DNA from: a virus
Taxonomy: Duplodnaviria; Caudoviricetes
Reading direction: 5' to 3' (one strand)
DNA: 35,954 nt
IMG/VR virus record: IMGVR_UViG_3300037991_002725
Span: 1-35,954 of that record
In this document: positions 8,270 through 17,518 of the stretch, one piece after another
Numbering within the stretch: position 1 is the stretch's first letter
How the letters are laid out: every line of letters starts with the position of its first letter
Position numbers and translations under genes: made by a program
The notes under the pieces: model-generated
The model's input: the letters and a program-made list of their open reading frames with translations, nothing else
What the model was told of the DNA's origin: nothing
The model's database searches: none

Positions 8270-9490
8270 TTAATCACCTCTTGTTAATGCGTGAATATCT
8301 TCCCAAGACATCTCAGCCGCCGCCTCAATGCTTGTTGGCATTCCATCAGGTAGAGCAAATGCTACTTCCTGTGCCTTCCTAATTTCTGAATCCTTTTCGG
8401 ATAGGGACTTGCGTAGTTCAGCAAACTCTTCTTTTAGAGCCGCTACATCTGAGCGAGCATCGTAAGATGCTTTTTCAGCCTCCGCCTTCTTAACAGACAA
8501 CTCTTCTGTGAGTCGGGCTTCAAACTGCTTGTTGAGAGAATCGAAAGCCATTGCTTCCATTCTATCTGCCTTGAATTTTGCATATGCTTTTTCTACATTC
8601 TCAGCCGATAGGTCGAGAGTAGCAAAGTCTGCTCCATCAAGCCCGAAGGACTTTAGTTCAGCAGGTGCAGGTTTTGGGTTTCCTCCATCTACAACAACTT
8701 CTCCGGCTTCGTAGTCTCTTGTTGAATCCTCATCAAGAGCCTTCTCTTCCATGTCCTCGTCTGCCTTGTCCATGTCATCCTCTTCTGACTTGTCCATGTC
8801 TGATTCATCATCAGCCATAGCCATCTCGTCATCTTTGGTATCCATGTAGGCCATTTCGTTCTTCGTTACGTCATCATTTTCTGTTGAAGTAACTTCACTA
8901 ACCTGTTTCATCAGGTCGTTCAGTTCTTCAAGTGCTTTTTCTAACTTTTCACTCATGTTTTTTTCCTCCATTTTCAAAATGTCGAATTTTGCTTCGGGGT
9001 TTATCCCCTTCTCGCAGATTGTAACTTCATGCAGTTCCAACCTGTCTATCTCATTATACTCACCATACTCCTCAGAAGTTCTTTGCTTCTTTGAAATGGC
9101 TTGTCCTCCAATACTAAAGGAACGTAGAGTTCCCTTTCTAATTCCTCTTGAGATTTCTTTTGCTTTCTCAATGTCATCTCGTAGTTTTATCACAACATAG
9201 AATCCTACATCATCTACGGCAGTCTTGTGCAAAACTCCGTTAGCATCTCTATACTGCTCTACAACTTCTCCAACTTGCACGTTAGAATGGTTAGACATTA
9301 CATTTCTGTATTTTTCATCAGACATATACTTCTTAACCGCATCATTCAATGCTTCAAGTGTGATTAAATCGTTCTGCTTATCTACTATTTCGATTGAAGC
9401 ATAGCCACCAATGATTAGGTTGTCAGACTTCAAAATAGTAAACTCATGATTACTCTCAGCCTTTAGCAGAGGAGTATCCATCATGAGCAT
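8270..9490 (-). CDS. Prohead (capsid maturation) protease fused to scaffold
   Basis: GYASIEIVDKQND, catalytic-type His (NHSNVQVG) and Ser (SFSIGG), EVTICEKGINP, then an acidic coiled-coil C-half. Start moved to the first ATG. Confidence 0.9.
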   Translation of the reverse strand: MLMMDTPLLKAESNHEFTILKSDNLIIGGYASIEIVDKQNDLITLEALNDAVKKYMSDEKYRNVMSNHSNVQVGEVVEQYRDANGVLHKTAVDDVGFYVVIKLRDDIEKAKEISRGIRKGTLRSFSIGGQAISKKQRTSEEYGEYNEIDRLELHEVTICEKGINPEAKFDILKMEEKNMSEKLEKALEELNDLMKQVSEVTSTENDDVTKNEMAYMDTKDDEMAMADDESDMDKSEEDDMDKADEDMEEKALDEDSTRDYEAGEVVVDGGNPKPAPAELKSFGLDGADFATLDLSAENVEKAYAKFKADRMEAMAFDSLNKQFEARLTEELSVKKAEAEKASYDARSDVAALKEEFAELRKSLSEKDSEIRKAQEVAFALPDGMPTSIEAAAEMSWEDIHALTRGD

Positions 9491-9535
9491 TATCGGTATG
9501 TTTTTCACTCTTACTATATGAAGTAATAGCAATAA

Positions 9536-12127
9536 TTACTCTTTTTTATCCGAAGGGAAGGGTAATTGAGCATAAGAATCTTCATTCAGATTCCATTTAT
9601 TTGGGTTCTCTTCATCGTCTAACATTTCTTGTTTCTTTCCTGTCCATGCTATCCAACTCTTTTGTTCATCTAATGGAACTACTCTAAAGTGCATTCTCGT
9701 TTGAAACTTATCTCCATCTAATCTATATTCATGGTATCCATCTTTTTGAATACCTAATTCTATACTGCCTTTATCCAAGACTTTCTTAGATTCACCTGCA
9801 TTCTTCATTACAATAGCCGGATACTTACCTGACTTACCAAACAATTCGTATATGTCTTCTGACTCTTCAATATCAATAGTCCAACCCATACGCTCGTCTT
9901 TGTATTCTATGATTAAATCTACATTATCATCTTCTCTAAGATTAATTGTATACTTACCTGTTTCTTCCTTTTGTAACTCTTCAACATCTTTTTCCAGTAT
10001 ATCTTCTCTTGCAGTAAACTTGTTAGGATGAAGATAAACTAAATCTTCTTGTTGTTTCATCCAAGACATTAACCTTCCTTCATCAGAGTCGAATAGGTCT
10101 TGAAAAGTTCCTTGATGTTTGTCCTTAACATAATCTAATATCTGTTCAAACCTTAGATTATCTCTACCACTCTCTAATATTTCATTACGAATAGCCAATC
10201 TAAAGGTAGAACGTTTCCCTTTCATTATACTAACTACTTGCTCTTTCCACAGGTCTATGTTGTATAGAGCATTCTTTTGCATAAGAGAATCTCCTTCAAA
10301 ACCATAGATTGTGAAACCATCCATATCCTCTTTTAGAATAATCTCAGCAGTTCCATGTATGTGGTCTGTAATGTAATATCCTTTCTTCACATCTTTCTTT
10401 TTCTGACCTCTTGGGTTCTGTAATCCTGATGTAACTTCAAACATCCCACCTACCTTATCTCCGAATGTATATCCAATTGCATTAAGAGATTTCTTTGTCT
10501 TACTTGCTAGTTGCTCTAATGTTTCAACCGTATCTGATTGAGTTACTTCGGGTATCTCTATAACTTTAGCAGAAAATAGTTTGAACCCATCTTTACCTTT
10601 CTTAACTTCATCAACCTTTACTCTAACAATACTACCAATCTTTACTGATTGTTTTGTGTTGAGAGCCTTACCCACTTCTAAGTAGTCTTTATCTTCAAAC
10701 TCAACAGTCTTGTAGTTCCTCGCAGTTTCAGCATTAACTGGCCCAACTCCCATTGTGTAGGAATGTAGATTGCTCTTTGTCTTCTTATCATCCAACACTA
10801 TAACATCCAAGTCCACGAACTTTTTCCACTTAATCCACTTAGGATTTTTCTTAACCCCAATATAGTAAGTTGATTCTATATCTTTGATTACCACACCTTC
10901 TGATGCAGGTAACTGCATTATTTCTTTAGCATAGGATTCTACTTCTTTTATGGAATCAGCGATTCTTGTATCCTTCTTAGATGGGAATGCTAAGTCCTCA
11001 GACGAATGTTGAGCATACTGATACAAAAGAATATTATTTCTTTCTCGTAGAGTTTCATCAGCAATGTTCTTTCCTTCATGAACCATAATATCAAAGACGT
11101 GTGCTTTTAGTTCACCACCTTTTTTATTCTTGAAAACATGGGCTATTGTATCTGCTCTATGTAATGGCTCATCACCATCAAACAACATGAGTTCCCCATC
11201 TAATATACAATCATTGAACATTTTCTTTTCCAAGTGTTTTACTTGTTTTGGACACTTATCTGTAATGTCCTTTTCATTGAAAGAGTATATTCTGACTTTA
11301 CCATTGAACTTGTGAAGTTGTATTCTCATACCATCATATTTTTCTTGAACAATGTATTCACCAGTAAGACCTTTGATTTCTTTCATATCATCTATCTCAA
11401 AGATTCTATACATTGGTTTGTTGGGAACGATAAAGTCAATTTCTTGTTTTTGTTCACTCTTTGCAATATCTAACTCAACGAGATTATCCCACTTATCCTC
11501 ATCATACTGAGAAGCATACACCTTCTCCAATAATTTGTAAGCCCCCTTGAACTTACTTTCTACTCTTCTTGTATCTTCCTCTTCTCCACCATAATGTTCT
11601 ATGATGTATAATGGAATGTCCTTTGGTTCTAAATCCAAACCCATTACATTCTGAGTTATTTTATCGGGTTTGAGTTCTACCGCTTTCCATGCCTTTTCAG
11701 GTAAAGCATTTGCATGAGAGCGTAGTGCATAATGAATAAAATAAGCAAACAGTGCTTCATTCTTCAACAACTTAGGTATTACATCATCACCAAGTTGTTT
11801 TGAAAACGGGTCACTGACTTTTTCGGATTTGAACCTGAGTTCTTTTACCGCTTCATACAATTCCTTTGCTTGTCTTGATTTTGGGTTGTATGCCTCATCA
11901 GATTGAGCCACGTCTTCTTTGACATAAGTTTTCAATTCATTGCTAAAATCATCAAGAGAATCTAATTGTTCTCTGATATCCTTTACTGTTTTCTTCCAAG
12001 CATCCCCATAATCATCGGGATTTTCTCTTGCTGAAAGATAGGAGTAACGAACCTTCTCAAAGAAATCTAAGACCTGTTTTGTTAGGCCACTTGTTTCTTT
12101 TTCAAACTCTAATCCTGTTTGCGGCAT
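9536..12127 (-). CDS. lig: ATP-dependent DNA ligase with long N- and C-terminal extensions
   Basis: Motif I EKYDGMR, III LDGELM, IIIa VFDIM, IV EGVVIK, V WIKWK, then an OB-like domain. Start MPQTG behind GAGGGG. Confidence 0.92.
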   Translation of the reverse strand: MPQTGLEFEKETSGLTKQVLDFFEKVRYSYLSARENPDDYGDAWKKTVKDIREQLDSLDDFSNELKTYVKEDVAQSDEAYNPKSRQAKELYEAVKELRFKSEKVSDPFSKQLGDDVIPKLLKNEALFAYFIHYALRSHANALPEKAWKAVELKPDKITQNVMGLDLEPKDIPLYIIEHYGGEEEDTRRVESKFKGAYKLLEKVYASQYDEDKWDNLVELDIAKSEQKQEIDFIVPNKPMYRIFEIDDMKEIKGLTGEYIVQEKYDGMRIQLHKFNGKVRIYSFNEKDITDKCPKQVKHLEKKMFNDCILDGELMLFDGDEPLHRADTIAHVFKNKKGGELKAHVFDIMVHEGKNIADETLRERNNILLYQYAQHSSEDLAFPSKKDTRIADSIKEVESYAKEIMQLPASEGVVIKDIESTYYIGVKKNPKWIKWKKFVDLDVIVLDDKKTKSNLHSYTMGVGPVNAETARNYKTVEFEDKDYLEVGKALNTKQSVKIGSIVRVKVDEVKKGKDGFKLFSAKVIEIPEVTQSDTVETLEQLASKTKKSLNAIGYTFGDKVGGMFEVTSGLQNPRGQKKKDVKKGYYITDHIHGTAEIILKEDMDGFTIYGFEGDSLMQKNALYNIDLWKEQVVSIMKGKRSTFRLAIRNEILESGRDNLRFEQILDYVKDKHQGTFQDLFDSDEGRLMSWMKQQEDLVYLHPNKFTAREDILEKDVEELQKEETGKYTINLREDDNVDLIIEYKDERMGWTIDIEESEDIYELFGKSGKYPAIVMKNAGESKKVLDKGSIELGIQKDGYHEYRLDGDKFQTRMHFRVVPLDEQKSWIAWTGKKQEMLDDEENPNKWNLNEDSYAQLPFPSDKKE

Positions 12128-12154
12128 CTGACCCCTCACGTCTTTCGTAGGGAT

Positions 12155-12373
12155 TCAGTCATTTAACTTATCTTCTTTTCCTTCAACATTACTTGTTTTT
12201 GGTAAAGGTTCTTCCGAAGGATTCTTCTTTGGTCTTTTTACTTTGACTTCTTCACCAGTAAGAGGCTCATCCAACTCTAACTGTCCAAGATGCTTTGCTT
12301 CTTGTAGCACTTCTTTTGCTTTGGCAATAGCCAACTCGACTACTTTCTCTTCTTTTGTTACTCTCTCCGGCAT
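12155..12373 (-). CDS. Small hypothetical protein
   Basis: MPERVTKEEK start behind GGAGTGA; charged. Confidence 0.75.
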   Translation of the reverse strand: MPERVTKEEKVVELAIAKAKEVLQEAKHLGQLELDEPLTGEEVKVKRPKKNPSEEPLPKTSNVEGKEDKLND

Positions 12374-12378
12374 ATCAT

Positions 12379-12600
12379 TCACTCCATTTGTTTGACTAAT
12401 TCGTGTATGTCTTCCCAATCCATACTCTTCTTTATCGTGCTACTACCTGCAACATCCTTACTGTCCATTGTAGGTGTAGGTGATTCGTAAACGACAAAAC
12501 CCGATTTCATTAACAGGTTGTCTTTGTTGTAGACTGCTTGCTCTAAGGCTTTTACTTTGTCTACCAATTCTTTCATCAACATCAACATCTCGTCACTCAT
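12379..12600 (-). CDS. Small coiled-coil protein ending in the scaffold-like motif
   Basis: MSDEMLMLM start behind GAGGAGG; ends KKSMDWEDIHELVKQME. Confidence 0.8.
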   Translation of the reverse strand: MSDEMLMLMKELVDKVKALEQAVYNKDNLLMKSGFVVYESPTPTMDSKDVAGSSTIKKSMDWEDIHELVKQME

Positions 12601-12673
12601 TGCTTGCTTCCTCCTCATACATTTTAGATAAACTTTCTTTAATCCGCACTCTTAGTTCATTTTTCCAATTCAT
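12593..12673 (-). CDS. 26-aa microprotein with variant N-terminal W tag
   Basis: MNWKNELRVRIKESLSKMYEEEASNE fills the gap between two genes; below the ORF-track cutoff. Confidence 0.5.
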   Translation of the reverse strand: MNWKNELRVRIKESLSKMYEEEASNE

Positions 12674-12677
12674 TGTA

Positions 12678-13022
12678 TCACTGCTTACCTTTCTTTGATG
12701 GTGGATAAACCATTTTTCTTAGTTGTGTGAATAGTGTTTCGTAGTCCTTTCTCAACTCAGAGGCAGAGGCTAGAATCTCCAAGTTCTTTTCATCAAAACC
12801 TTCTACGGTTTTACTTAGTTTCTTATCAGATTTTACTAAATCCATGTCTTTCAGTTCTTCGATTATATCTGAAAGTTGAGTCATATCCTGACCCATCATA
12901 TTTGTTGGTTGAGCCTTCTGTATGAGTTTCTTCAACTTCTTTTTCTGCTTACCATCAAGTTTCTCAATGAAGACAGGAGAGAAGTAAAATCCTTCATCTT
13001 TTAGCACATCTTGCCAACTCAT
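12678..13022 (-). CDS. Hypothetical protein with N-terminal W tag
   Basis: Starts MSWQDVLK; ATGA overlap. Confidence 0.85.
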   Translation of the reverse strand: MSWQDVLKDEGFYFSPVFIEKLDGKQKKKLKKLIQKAQPTNMMGQDMTQLSDIIEELKDMDLVKSDKKLSKTVEGFDEKNLEILASASELRKDYETLFTQLRKMVYPPSKKGKQ

Positions 13023-14827
13023 GCAGACTCCTCCTCCGCATCATCAGATGAGGGTTCGTCTAATGATTGTTCCTCAAGTTTTACGTTTTGTAAAATAGTT
13101 TCCAATCGAGGGATTACTTCTTTCAAACGTGGTATTGCACTTAGAACATTTAGGTATTCCAAATAATCTTCATAGGATTCAATTAATTCATCAGCGTCAT
13201 ATTCTTCTCCATCTTCGCCAATGATTTTACCGTCATCTGTTTTTTCCGATTTTATTCGTTGTAGCATTTCCTTGTATTTGTTTATGGCTTCATCCAAGTC
13301 ATCTTCATTCTCAATGCCCTCTATACCCATAACATCAATTGTATCTTCTAAAAGTAAATCATGCTTCTCCATCTTTGCCTTGAATGAATCTAATGTTCTT
13401 TTCATACCAACTAAAGTCTTACGTTCTAATTCACCTGAAGTTAGTTTAGGTTTTATCTCCTGTATTTTTCTTGAAAATGTGGTAAAGTTACTGACATCTC
13501 TCTCTACTTCCTCCTTAGTTCTTGGCCCTTGATACTTTGATGGTAGAGATGGGTTTCTCAAAAACATTCTTTTATTCTCAAGTTTAGGAGATGTGCGTTG
13601 TTTCTTTCTACCACTTGTATGATATTCACTTGGGTTTGCCTCATATTCCTCATAGGCATCTTCTAGCATTGGGAAGTTTCTGTTCATACTTAGATTTCTC
13701 TTGCCCTTTCGCATATGAGCAAATCGTTTTACTTTGTCCAACCTGTTTTCTTTGAGTCTACTGTAATCACCAGTCAAAGAATTAATCCTAATCAAATATT
13801 CTAACACGTCAAAGTGTTTAGTCAACAACTCTCCCTTTTCTTTGTCATCCATTTTTTCCTCTGCAATCTGTATAATTTCAGGGACTATTCTGTATATCTT
13901 CCTCAAGACATCATCCTTATTGAAAAACAGTTTAGCATGAATCTTTGGGTCATCACTACCTATCATGTCGTGAATCTCTTCTACAAACTCATCTACATCT
14001 AATGAGAAATAACTTCGTATTGCCTTTTCTCCGGCTTCATCTTCTCCTGATATTTTTATTGGTATTCTAAGATAGGAGTATATTTGTTCAAGTAATTCTA
14101 AGGAAGTATTTCCTTTTGGGTATATTACAAGAGGACTCCAAGTTTTACTTTCGTCATCAAACTCGGCATTTTTTTCATGGAATAAGGAAGAAACCTCAGT
14201 TCTAATTCTACCTTTTCCTTCTAACAAATATGCTTGTAGGTTCTTTGCTCCTGATGCTAGTCGTGGTCTTAGGTCGTCAACAAGATTTCTACTACGAGTG
14301 TTATCTCCATATCTGTCCCATGATTTCATTGCATCATAGAGTTTTTCTGCGAAGTCAATCGCAGCATCTTTTCTTTCACCTAAACCTGTTTTTAGTTTAA
14401 CTAGAGTTTTTTTCTCTCCTTCAAATAATAATTCCAACAGAGAGTTTTCTTCTCTTAGAGCATCTAAATCTCTTATGTTCAATGTCTGCCCTTCGGGAAG
14501 TCTCATGGATTCTTTACTTCTTTTGTTTAGCAATCTTTCCAAACTGTTTATTCTGTTGATGAACTTTCTCTTATCCTTCTCAAACTCAACAGGAGTTAAT
14601 CTATCCCTTGAGTTAGAAAAGAAACCTCTACTCAGAATATTTGTAACCTTAGCCTCTGACTCATCTCTTTCCTCTGCATCTCTTTCTGCGGCATCATCTA
14701 ATGCACGATGAGCCTCACGCAAATCTGCAATAGGAAACTTTGTCGAGTCTTTTTGTTGTGCTTGATTGTAAGCCCACATAACATCAGCATGGATTTCGCT
14801 TCTCTTGAGAATGCTAGTCCATGTCAT
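13019..14827 (-). CDS. Large helical hypothetical protein with N-terminal W tag
   Basis: 602 aa; starts MTWTSILK. Confidence 0.85.
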   Translation of the reverse strand: MTWTSILKRSEIHADVMWAYNQAQQKDSTKFPIADLREAHRALDDAAERDAEERDESEAKVTNILSRGFFSNSRDRLTPVEFEKDKRKFINRINSLERLLNKRSKESMRLPEGQTLNIRDLDALREENSLLELLFEGEKKTLVKLKTGLGERKDAAIDFAEKLYDAMKSWDRYGDNTRSRNLVDDLRPRLASGAKNLQAYLLEGKGRIRTEVSSLFHEKNAEFDDESKTWSPLVIYPKGNTSLELLEQIYSYLRIPIKISGEDEAGEKAIRSYFSLDVDEFVEEIHDMIGSDDPKIHAKLFFNKDDVLRKIYRIVPEIIQIAEEKMDDKEKGELLTKHFDVLEYLIRINSLTGDYSRLKENRLDKVKRFAHMRKGKRNLSMNRNFPMLEDAYEEYEANPSEYHTSGRKKQRTSPKLENKRMFLRNPSLPSKYQGPRTKEEVERDVSNFTTFSRKIQEIKPKLTSGELERKTLVGMKRTLDSFKAKMEKHDLLLEDTIDVMGIEGIENEDDLDEAINKYKEMLQRIKSEKTDDGKIIGEDGEEYDADELIESYEDYLEYLNVLSAIPRLKEVIPRLETILQNVKLEEQSLDEPSSDDAEEESA

Positions 14828-14836
14828 GTAATCAAC

Positions 14837-15061
14837 TCAGAAAGGTATGTTTTCTCTTCTGTTTCTCTTATTCTTAGGTAACAGAATAGCATCAGGAATA
14901 TCAGCAGAGTCAGGATTTTTCTTTTCTACTGTGGTATCTCTATCAATACCTCCAATAGAATAGTCCCTACTAACAGTTACCTTGTCAGTATGCTCTTTTC
15001 TTTCTCTAACTCTTGCTGCCTTCAATTCTCTTTCAAGTTCTCTTACGGTTTTTTCACTCAT
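14837..15061 (-). CDS. Small hypothetical protein
   Basis: 74 aa, SD GGAGG, ATGA overlap. Confidence 0.8.
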   Translation of the reverse strand: MSEKTVRELERELKAARVRERKEHTDKVTVSRDYSIGGIDRDTTVEKKNPDSADIPDAILLPKNKRNRRENIPF

Positions 15062-15351
15062 TGATTTTTCCTCCTTTTTTCTTCATCGAGATTGCTTTTT
15101 GCTCTCCTCATCAATGCTCTATCTCCCGCAGTGTAATCTCTTGGTTGTGGAATTGTTGGGACTCTTGGCCTATTGGTTATGTATTGTGGTGCTTGCATTC
15201 TTGTAGGTTCGCCCTTCTTGTATTGAGCAATTATACCCCTAATTCTCTTTGCTTGAGAACTATGTGCTTCTACTGCCTTATCCAACTCTTTCGCTATTTC
15301 TTCTAATGTTTCTACATTCATCTCATTTTTTAGTACGTCTTGCCAACTCAT
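15058..15351 (-). CDS. Hypothetical protein with N-terminal W tag
   Basis: Start re-set to MSWQDVLK, immediately after the portal stop. Confidence 0.8.
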   Translation of the reverse strand: MSWQDVLKNEMNVETLEEIAKELDKAVEAHSSQAKRIRGIIAQYKKGEPTRMQAPQYITNRPRVPTIPQPRDYTAGDRALMRRAKSNLDEEKRRKNQ

Positions 15352-15352
15352 A

Positions 15353-17011
15353 TCATCCAACTCTCCTTTCTGTTCTTTCGTCAACATTCTCATTTCCGGC
15401 TTCTCTTGGTAATCCTGTAAATCTTTTATCCGGGCCAGTAGCCATAGATGGTTTGTTTCTCGTAGCGGGGGGGTTCTCTTGAGGTTTGCTCTCAGACTTA
15501 TTTCCTCCCATCATCATTTGTTCTTGCATTTGTCCCATTTGAGAGGCATCAATATCAGTTCCGGCATATGGGTCTAATTCAATTTCTTCGCTACCTTCTT
15601 CACCTTCTCCTTCTGTTGGTTCTTTAGGTTCAGGTTTTGTGTAGATGAAACCACCTTCATCATCCATGTCTACTTCAAATCCTAAGTTCTTAATCGCAGC
15701 AGCGACATTCACTTCTATCTCTCTTTTACGTAGAACTGCAATCTCATCCTCTTCTTCGGATGGTGGTAGTTTCAAACACCAATCAGTTATTCCAAACTCC
15801 TCTGACATAAATGGGAACACATAGTTATTCCAAATTGTTTGAGCCATTTCTACCGCTCTGTTAGTAACTAATACCTGCATACCCTCATTGTTCAAACCGC
15901 CACTTGCAGAGTTATCCGCCATGAAGATTTTACTCACACCATAGAATGCTGAAATCCTGTCCCTCAAATCATCCTTAACTTGTATGTAGTCCATTTCCTT
16001 TAGACTGTCCATGAACTTAACCCACTCAACAGAACCTTTTCCTCCCTCAGATTCTATTCCCATTACAGGTATGAAGTGTGGGTCTTGCTCCATCTTTTCT
16101 TTGACACCACGCCAAAATGATTTCATTGAATCCATGTTCCTTGTCTGAACTGCAAGAAGTCCCTTCGGCATTCTTGCTTTAGTGTATGATGAGTTGACAT
16201 AATTCTCCATAGCAATTAGTGTTGTAACATTATTCCATAGAGTGATTATTGGTGAAAGACCATACAATCTACTTGGTGAGTATTTGCTAAAGTGTAGAAC
16301 TTCTCCCTTCACGAAATACTGTTCTTCACCGTTTACCCTGTTAACATAATGAACGGGATAAAGTTCAGAGTTACAAGTTTCGCAAAGTTCAGTTGGGCTT
16401 TGGTGTATTCTGTTTCTATGTCTTAAGCAAGTATATCCGGCTTTGCCTCTTTCCCCCAAGTCATTTGCATAAATGTGCATAGTAACTGGGTCGCCTCTGT
16501 ATACTTCCTTGATTCTGTGCATTCTAACTTTGGAATTGTTATCAGCATAGTATTCTTTCACCATTACCAAATATGCGTCATCCATGATGTTCAAATCATC
16601 TTCAAGTTCCTTTAGGACATCAATGAATAGTTGCTCTGAACAATTTACATATCCATCTAAGAACTCTTTAGCATATTTTAATTGCTCAACATCAGGCTTT
16701 ACCAAATCAGTGCTTCCACAATCAACACATTCCTTCACTGTGCTTTCATGTTCTTTACCACAACTTCTACATTTTAGAGCGAACTTAGAATCCCAATGGT
16801 ATCCTCTTCTGAATATCTCCTGTTTCAACTGAGTGATACAAGTTCTAACAATAGTTGATTGAGATACTATGTGGTAGATGATTGGACTAGTCAAAAGATA
16901 TGAATTATCTCTCTCTTGAATACCCGGATTGAATACCGTTCTATCTGCGGGTTTGGGCGTAGTTTGCCTAAACAAACTCGTTAAACTAAATCTTCTTTTT
17001 TCTTCTACCAT
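15353..17011 (-). CDS. Portal protein with zinc-ribbon insertions
   Basis: DLNIMDDAYLV, YGLSPI, KEMDY, ISAFYGVS motifs of HK97/PBSX-type portals; extra CRSC..CVDC and CLRH..CETC; between terminase and protease. Confidence 0.9.
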   Translation of the reverse strand: MVEEKRRFSLTSLFRQTTPKPADRTVFNPGIQERDNSYLLTSPIIYHIVSQSTIVRTCITQLKQEIFRRGYHWDSKFALKCRSCGKEHESTVKECVDCGSTDLVKPDVEQLKYAKEFLDGYVNCSEQLFIDVLKELEDDLNIMDDAYLVMVKEYYADNNSKVRMHRIKEVYRGDPVTMHIYANDLGERGKAGYTCLRHRNRIHQSPTELCETCNSELYPVHYVNRVNGEEQYFVKGEVLHFSKYSPSRLYGLSPIITLWNNVTTLIAMENYVNSSYTKARMPKGLLAVQTRNMDSMKSFWRGVKEKMEQDPHFIPVMGIESEGGKGSVEWVKFMDSLKEMDYIQVKDDLRDRISAFYGVSKIFMADNSASGGLNNEGMQVLVTNRAVEMAQTIWNNYVFPFMSEEFGITDWCLKLPPSEEEDEIAVLRKREIEVNVAAAIKNLGFEVDMDDEGGFIYTKPEPKEPTEGEGEEGSEEIELDPYAGTDIDASQMGQMQEQMMMGGNKSESKPQENPPATRNKPSMATGPDKRFTGLPREAGNENVDERTERRVG

Positions 17012-17013
17012 AC

Positions 17014-17322
17014 TTACCACTTTACTTTGTTAGCCCAATACGCCGCAGACATTTTCCCCCGCTTAATATTCTTAGCATGGCGAGCCTTGAATGATGCTTG
17101 TTTCTTTTTTCTCTTTCCCTTTGGGTTTTTCTCGGTTACTGTATCAGCACCTTGTTCTCCAAACCGAATAGTCTTGACCTTCTTACCATCTCTGACAACA
17201 ACAACATGAGATTTTGATTTATGTTTAGGGGTTCTCTTTGGTTTACTAAAGCCACTGACACCTGCTCTCTTTAGTGCAGGGTGTTTACCTTTTTTCTTTA
17301 GAATCTCAAACCAATCAGTCAC
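17014..17322 (-). CDS. Small basic protein, conserved marine-phage type, with W tag
   Basis: Probable GTG start giving MTDWFEILK; KPKRTP..KSHVVV..KTIRFG..SFKARH..SAAYWANKVKW, recalled as a common marine phage family. Confidence 0.8.
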   Translation of the reverse strand: MTDWFEILKKKGKHPALKRAGVSGFSKPKRTPKHKSKSHVVVVRDGKKVKTIRFGEQGADTVTEKNPKGKRKKKQASFKARHAKNIKRGKMSAAYWANKVKW

Positions 17323-17518
17323 GATAACCACCACCTGCTTTCTTGTATGCAGCCGCTAACATCTGTGCTTTTCTTGCAGACCATTGACCTGCTCTACCAC
17401 CTTTACTTCCGGCTTTGATTCGTTGGAATATTCTCTTTCTCATTCCGGGTTTAGTATAATTACCCGCTTGGTTGACTGTTGACTTCTTTTTCTTTTTCAA
17501 AATGTCTTGCCAACTCAT
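17315..17518 (-). CDS. Small basic protein (DUF5872-like N-half) with W tag
   Basis: MSWQDILK, then NYTKP..GSKGG..GQWSARKAQ..YKKAGGGY. Family name from recall. Confidence 0.75.
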   Translation of the reverse strand: MSWQDILKKKKKSTVNQAGNYTKPGMRKRIFQRIKAGSKGGRAGQWSARKAQMLAAAYKKAGGGYRD

